This document shows, piece after piece, positions 58,783 to 64,000 of a stretch of DNA of 64,000 bases. The DNA is taken from positions 1,952,001-2,016,000 of the forward strand of contig JASGHJ010000002.1 of the NCBI GenBank assembly GCA_047602405.1, read 5' to 3'. This DNA is from Anaeromyxobacteraceae bacterium (GTDB lineage: Bacteria > Myxococcota > Myxococcia > Myxococcales > Anaeromyxobacteraceae). The notes beneath the pieces were generated by a model. It worked only from the letters and a program-made list of their open reading frames with translations, was not told the DNA's origin and ran no database searches. Numbering within the stretch: the first letter of the stretch is position 1; each line of letters opens with the position of its first letter. The translations under genes were made by a program, and so were the position numbers.

Positions 58783-60213
58783 TCAGCGTGCCGTGGGCAT
58801 GCCGCGCTCCCCCCAGAGGAGCACCCGCGCGTCGAAGTCGACGGGCCCCGCGATCGTGAGCGCGCCGGCGGGGAGCCCGGCCCAGCGCGCGAGCGCGGCC
58901 GTCGCCTCGGCGTGCGCCGCGGCATCGGTCAGGGAGAGCCGCGAGAGGCTCGCGCCGTGGTTCGCGCCCGCGACGACGTACCGGTGGCCGTCGAGGGCGG
59001 CGTTCGGCTGGAACGGCTGCGCCGACCACGGATCGCGCTCGCCGTAGACGAACATCAGCCGCTCGCCGTGGGCCTTCACCCAGTCGTCGACGTCGGGCAT
59101 CGCCGCCGGGTCCCAGGGCTTGTCCGCCGCCGGCGGGTAGACCCCCGGCACGTCGTTCGTGGGAACGCCGCCCGGGAGCAGATCGAGGAGGTGGTCCTGC
59201 CGGTAGGCGGGCCCGCCGAGCTGGGTCGCCGACTGCTGGTAGTAGGGCGCGAAGTAGGTGAGCGCGGAGTCGCCGACCCAGTCCAGCACCCCGAGCACGG
59301 CGTCCATGAAAGCGAAGAGCGACGAGGCGGAGGCGTCGACCGGCGGGATGGCGGCGCAGTTCGCCGCCGACCCGTACTGCCAGAAGGCGAACGGCAGCTC
59401 GACGGTCGCGTACTCGAAGGCGCGGTCGGGGCCGAGCAGCGTGTACCCGTCGCCCTGCTGCGCGGCGGCCTGCTCGAAGAGCGGCTGGACCTCCGCGCGG
59501 CGCGAAAGCAGCGTCCGCTGGAACGCGCGCAGCTGCTCGCGGCACGCCGCGGTGCCGGCGCCGCCGATCGCGTCCACGAACGGTACGTAGGCGGCGTCGG
59601 ACGTCGAGAACGACTGAGGCGCGACGTAGGCGACCGTGCCGTCCACGTCGCCCGGCCAGAAGCGCCGGTGGTAGACCGCCGTCATCCCGCCCTTCGAGGC
59701 GCCGACCGAGAGCCACCTCCCCTCCCCCAGCACCGGCCGCAGCGCCTGCACGATGCGGTGGTGGTCGGCGGCGGCCTGCTCGATGTCGAGCCTCGACCAG
59801 TCCGCCGGGTCGGGCCGCGACGGCGAGAAGAAGCGGTGCTCGACCGTGAGCTGGTTCGCGCCGAGGAGCGCCGTCAGCTCGGCCCGGCCCGGGTTGCGGC
59901 TCGCGCCGTAGCCGTTCGTGCCGAACACGACGGGGAGCGCGCGATCCTTGAAGAGGAGCGCCGCGAACTGCTGGAAGGTCGGGCTCGCCGGATTGGCGTG
60001 GTCGATCGGCTGCTCGAGCTGGAGGAGGAAGAGCCGGTACCCGGGCTCGGGCGTCTCGGCCTCGTCCACCCGCACGACGTGGGGCGCGAGCGCGAGCGCC
60101 TCGTCGATCGGGAGCGGAGGCTCCACGGTCTGCCGGGTCGCGCCGCCGCCTCCGCACGCGGCGAGGAGCGCGAGGAGCGCGAGGGCGGGCCGGTGACTGC
60201 GCATGGGTCTCAT
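58783..60213 (-). CDS. S37/S28-family serine aminopeptidase, lipoprotein
   Basis: LAAC lipobox; QPIDH, EHRFFSPS, nucleophile GASKGG, YG..DPWS, ANH. Confidence 0.88.
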   Translation of the reverse strand: MRPMRSHRPALALLALLAACGGGGATRQTVEPPLPIDEALALAPHVVRVDEAETPEPGYRLFLLQLEQPIDHANPASPTFQQFAALLFKDRALPVVFGTNGYGASRNPGRAELTALLGANQLTVEHRFFSPSRPDPADWSRLDIEQAAADHHRIVQALRPVLGEGRWLSVGASKGGMTAVYHRRFWPGDVDGTVAYVAPQSFSTSDAAYVPFVDAIGGAGTAACREQLRAFQRTLLSRRAEVQPLFEQAAAQQGDGYTLLGPDRAFEYATVELPFAFWQYGSAANCAAIPPVDASASSLFAFMDAVLGVLDWVGDSALTYFAPYYQQSATQLGGPAYRQDHLLDLLPGGVPTNDVPGVYPPAADKPWDPAAMPDVDDWVKAHGERLMFVYGERDPWSAQPFQPNAALDGHRYVVAGANHGASLSRLSLTDAAAHAEATAALARWAGLPAGALTIAGPVDFDARVLLWGERGMPTAR

Positions 60214-60356
60214 CAGACAACCACGACGCGGCGCGACGCAACCCACCCGACCCCAGCGTCAAGGCCGGTCGAGGCGACGGGGCCATGGCGGCGCCGCGCC
60301 TTGACACCCTCGCGAGCCGGGCACGAAGATCGACGAGACCGCGGCGCCGCACCGCC

Positions 60357-62132
60357 ATGGATGATCACGTCCGAGACCTCGAGGGCCCCGCGGAGGGCGA
60401 CATCGGCGAGCTCGCGCTCGAGGAGATCATCGACGCGCCGCTGCTCCGCTCCATGCTGGACGACTTCTACCGCCTGACCGGCATGCTGGGGGCGGTGCTG
60501 GACGTCTCCGGGAAGGTCCTGGTCGCGGTCGGCTGGCAGGACATCTGCACCAGGTTCCACCGGTGCCATCCCGCGACGCTGCGGAACTGCCTGGAGAGCG
60601 ACACCGCCCTGACCCGCGGCGTGCCGGTGGGGACGTTCAAGCACTACCGCTGCAAGAACAACATGTGGGACATGGTCACGCCGCTCGAGGTCGGCGGGCG
60701 CCACGTGGGCAACGTCTTCATCGGCCAGTTCTTCTACGAGGACGATCCTCCGGACGAGGCCGTGTTCCGCGAACAGGCCCGGCGCCACGGCTTCGACGAG
60801 GACGCCTACCTCGCGGCCCTCGCCCGGACGCCCCGGTTCAGCCGGGCCCAGGCCAACGCCGGGATGCAGTTCTACGCCAAGCTCACGAGCATGATCTCCG
60901 CGCTGAGCTACGGTTCGATCAAGCTGCGGAGGATGCTCGAGGAGCGCACGAAGCTCGAGGAGCAGCTCCGCCACGCGCAGAAGATGGAGGCGGTGGGGCG
61001 GCTGGCCGGCGGCGTGGCCCACGACTTCAACAACATCCTCCAGGTCATCAGCGGCCACGCCGGCCTCATGCAGGTGGACGAGGCGCTGACCGCGGAGCAG
61101 CGGGAGGACGTCGACAACATCCTCTCGGCCGCGGAGAAGGCCGCCCAGCTCACGAGGGGCCTGCTCGCCTTCGGTCGCCGCCAGGTGCTCACCTTCGCGC
61201 CGGTGGATCTCGACGAGCTCATCGCCGGGCTGGAGCGGCTCCTGGCGCGGACCATCGGCGAGGACATCGAGTTCGTCACGCGCCCCTCGCCGGACCGGCT
61301 CCTCATCCACGGCGATCGAGGCCAGATCGAGCAGGTGCTGGTCAACCTCGTGACCAACGCCCGGGACGCGATGCCCCGGGGCGGCCGGATCTGCATCGAG
61401 ACCGCCCTGCAGGTCGTCGAGGACTCGGCGGAGCGCGTCCCGGGCCAGGCAGCGCCGGGCCGGCACGCGGTCGTGACCGTCTCCGACGATGGCTGCGGCA
61501 TGGACGCCGAGACCCGGAAGAAGATCTTCGAGCCCTTCTTCACGACCAAGGAGGTCGGCAAGGGGACCGGCCTCGGCATGGCGATCGTCTACGGGATCGT
61601 CAACCAGCACCAGGGCACCATCCACGTCTACAGCGAGCCCGGGCAGGGCACGACCGTCCGGGTCTCCTTCCCGCTCCACGACAAGGCGCCGCTGCGGGCC
61701 CGGGAGCCGCAGCCCGAGCTCGTTCCCGCGCGGGGAGGCACCGAGACCGTCCTGCTCGCCGAGGACGACCCGGACGTGCGGGCCTTCGTGGTGTCCCTCC
61801 TCCGCCGTCAGGGCTACACCGTGATCCAGGCGGTCGACGGGCAGGACGCCGTCGACAAGTTCTCCGCCGCCATGGACGCGATCGCACTGGTCCTCCTGGA
61901 CGTGATCATGCCGCGCAAGAACGGCAGGGAGGCCTTCGCCGAGATCTCCCGGCTGAGGCCCGGGGTGAAGGTCCTCTACGCGAGCGGGTACACCGCGGAC
62001 TTCATCCAGAGCCGGGGCGTGTCCGAGGAAGGGATCGAGCTCGTCATGAAGCCGGTCCAGCCCGCGGTGCTCGTGCGGAAGGTGCGGGAGATTCTCGACC
62101 GGCCGCCCGGGGGAGCACGCGCCGGCCCGTAG
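60357..62132 (+). CDS. PocR-domain hybrid sensor histidine kinase
   Basis: PocR-like N-terminus (GWQDIC..FHR, YRC); H-box AHDFNN; N/G1/F/G2 boxes; receiver LLDVIMP. Confidence 0.92.
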   Translation: MDDHVRDLEGPAEGDIGELALEEIIDAPLLRSMLDDFYRLTGMLGAVLDVSGKVLVAVGWQDICTRFHRCHPATLRNCLESDTALTRGVPVGTFKHYRCKNNMWDMVTPLEVGGRHVGNVFIGQFFYEDDPPDEAVFREQARRHGFDEDAYLAALARTPRFSRAQANAGMQFYAKLTSMISALSYGSIKLRRMLEERTKLEEQLRHAQKMEAVGRLAGGVAHDFNNILQVISGHAGLMQVDEALTAEQREDVDNILSAAEKAAQLTRGLLAFGRRQVLTFAPVDLDELIAGLERLLARTIGEDIEFVTRPSPDRLLIHGDRGQIEQVLVNLVTNARDAMPRGGRICIETALQVVEDSAERVPGQAAPGRHAVVTVSDDGCGMDAETRKKIFEPFFTTKEVGKGTGLGMAIVYGIVNQHQGTIHVYSEPGQGTTVRVSFPLHDKAPLRAREPQPELVPARGGTETVLLAEDDPDVRAFVVSLLRRQGYTVIQAVDGQDAVDKFSAAMDAIALVLLDVIMPRKNGREAFAEISRLRPGVKVLYASGYTADFIQSRGVSEEGIELVMKPVQPAVLVRKVREILDRPPGGARAGP

Positions 62133-62187
62133 GGAGGCGATCCGTCACACCCGCGCCCGCGCCGCATCACTTCGACGGGGTGACGCG

Positions 62188-64000
62188 ATGACGATCGGCC
62201 GCCGGTCCTTCCTCAAGGCTGCAGCAGCGATGGGCGCCTCACTCGCATGGGCCGGATCGGCCAAGGGCGCCCGCGTGCCCTGGCAGGAGCGGCGCGAGCT
62301 GTATCCTCAAGGGGTCGCGTCCGGCGATCCCGACCCGCACAGCGTCCTCCTCTGGACGAGGCGCCCGTTCGCGGACGGCGCCCGCCACGTCCTGAGCGTC
62401 GAGGTGGCGGAGGACGAGGCCTTCCGCCGGGTCATCGCGCGCGCGAAGGCCCCGGTCACGAGCGCCTCCGACTGGACGGCGCGCGTGCTGGTCGGCGGCC
62501 TCCGGCCGGCGCACACCTACTGGTACCGGTTCGCCGACGCCGACGGGAACGGCAGCCGGGTCGGCCGCACGATCACCGCGCCCTCGCCGGACGATCCGCG
62601 CACGGTGAACTTCGCCTTCGTGAGCTGCCAGGACCTGAACGAGGGCAAGCTCAACGCCTACCGCCGGATGATCTTCGAGGACGAGCGCGCGCCCGCCGGC
62701 GAACGCCTCGACTTCGTCCTGCACCTCGGCGACTTCATCTACGAGGTGGTCGAGTATCCGGACGAGGCGAAGACCCGCTTCGACCGCACGATCTACGAGG
62801 TCGCGCGCATCCCGGACGGCCACAAGGTCGGCAACTTCCACATCCCGCTGACCCTCGAGGGCTACCGGGCCATCTACCGCGGCTACCTCGCCGACCCCGA
62901 CCTCCAGGACGCGCGCGCGCGCTGGCCGTTCGTCGCCATCTGGGACAACCACGAGTTCTCGTGGCAAGGCTGGCAGAGCAACTTGAAGGCGGGGCCGTTC
63001 GAGCGGCCGGGCCAGAGCATCAAGGTCGCGGCGAACCAGGCGTGGTTCGAGTACCTCCCCGCGCGCGTCTCGCGAGCGGGCCGGCCGCTCGAGCGCTTCG
63101 ATCCACCTGCCGTGAAGGACGTCCCGGTCGTCGAGTTCGACGCCGACGGCCTCGGGACCGAGCCCAACAACCTCACGGCCATCCACAGCCTCCGGGTCTA
63201 CCGGGCCCTGCGGTTCGGCCGGCACGTCGACCTCCTCCTCACCGATCAGCGCAGCTACCGGAGCGCGGATCCCTTCTCCGAATCCGTCCCTCGGGAAGCT
63301 CGGCGGCGAGGAGTACGAGGAGATGTTCCCCGAGCACGAGATGCGGGTCCTCGACGGCGGGCGCGCCTTCGACGGCGGCCACCCGCCCGCGGAGATCCGC
63401 TTCAACGACGCGCACGTGCCGAACCCGCAGCGGAGCGCGCCGCCGCAGACGATCCTCGGGGCCGAGCAGAAGGCGTGGTTCAAGGACCAGCTCCGGCGCT
63501 CGACCGCGACGTGGAAGATTCGGGGCAACTCCCTGGGCGCGCTCGACAAGCGCGCCGATCCGCAGAACCTGCCCCCGGGGCTCACGAAGGAGCCGTGGCC
63601 TCCCGGCGCCTACGCCTTCGTGGGCGCCCCCGACTTCGCCACCGCCTGGGCCGAGCGCGCCGAGCTCTTCGGGCACGTGCGCGACGCGAAGATCACCGGC
63701 TTCGCCATCGTCTCGGGCGACCGGCACAGCTTCTGGGCCGGGTACGCGGCCTCGGACCTCCCGCCCGGCAAGTTCGAGCCGGTCGGCCTCTCCTTCGTGG
63801 GCGGGTCGCTCACGAGCCCGGGCACCATGGAGGCCCAGGAGCACCGCCTCCCGAAGGACGCGCCGCTGCGCGCGCTGTTCCTCGCGGACAGGAAGGACGG
63901 CGCGAAGCCGGCCTGGACCTTCAACATGCTGCTGCGCCACGGCGTCCGTGCCTGCCTCGAGTACGCGCGGAGCTTCGACCTCGAGCGCGCGCGGGCGCTG
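62188..64000 (+). CDS. phoD: Alkaline phosphatase D family, Tat-exported (runs off window; apparent +1 frameshift at ~63281)
   Basis: Manual translation: RRSFLK Tat signal, GVASGDP, SCQ, HLGDFIYE, WDNHE; after the shift LGAEQKAW, SGDRH. Confidence 0.9.
   Translation, partial: MTIGRRSFLKAAAAMGASLAWAGSAKGARVPWQERRELYPQGVASGDPDPHSVLLWTRRPFADGARHVLSVEVAEDEAFRRVIARAKAPVTSASDWTARVLVGGLRPAHTYWYRFADADGNGSRVGRTITAPSPDDPRTVNFAFVSCQDLNEGKLNAYRRMIFEDERAPAGERLDFVLHLGDFIYEVVEYPDEAKTRFDRTIYEVARIPDGHKVGNFHIPLTLEGYRAIYRGYLADPDLQDARARWPFVAIWDNHEFSWQGWQSNLKAGPFERPGQSIKVAANQAWFEYLPARVSRAGRPLERFDPPAVKDVPVVEFDADGLGTEPNNLTAIHSLRVYRALRFGRHVDLLLTDQRSYRSADPFSESVPREARRRGVRGDVPRARDAGPRRRARLRRRPPARGDPLQRRARAEPAAERAAADDPRGRAEGVVQGPAPALDRDVEDSGQLPGRARQARRSAEPAPGAHEGAVASRRLRLRGRPRLRHRLGRARRALRARARREDHRLRHRLGRPAQLLGRVRGLGPPARQVRAGRPLLRGRVAHEPGHHGGPGAPPPEGRAAARAVPRGQEGRREAGLDLQHAAAPRRPCLPRVRAELRPRARAGA

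Overview
Very GC-rich chromosomal window from an Anaeromyxobacter-like member of Myxococcota (inferred from gene content and protein features). 1-17.4 kb is the str-S10-spc-alpha ribosomal superoperon on the minus strand; rplC and infA are absent from their usual positions. It is followed by mutY, a TetR/alpha-beta hydrolase pair, Fe/Mn SOD, an MFS transporter and mtgA. At 23.4-28.3 kb lies a five-gene lipoprotein / ECF sigma / zinc anti-sigma / exported caspase-like protease / lipoprotein module, which is the best candidate for an uncharacterised system. Next come a CdbA-like RHH protein with two sugar-nucleotide SDR genes, korAB, a Rieske-queD-folE-SDR-FAD oxidase cluster and a degenerate sigma54 activator-like protein. 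A complete IS110-family (IS1111-type) element has recognisable ends and candidate guide-RNA segments. The rest is ihfA-pheT-pheS-rplT-rpmI-infC, a leuACD-ilvBNC operon with a probable leaderless attenuator peptide, an S37/S28 peptidase, a PocR hybrid kinase and a window-truncated phoD. Five +1 frameshifts (secY, galE-like, glcD-like, pheS, phoD) fall at GATC or GAAGAGC motifs and look like methylation-linked sequencing errors, not pseudogenes. No tRNA, rRNA or CRISPR array was recognised.
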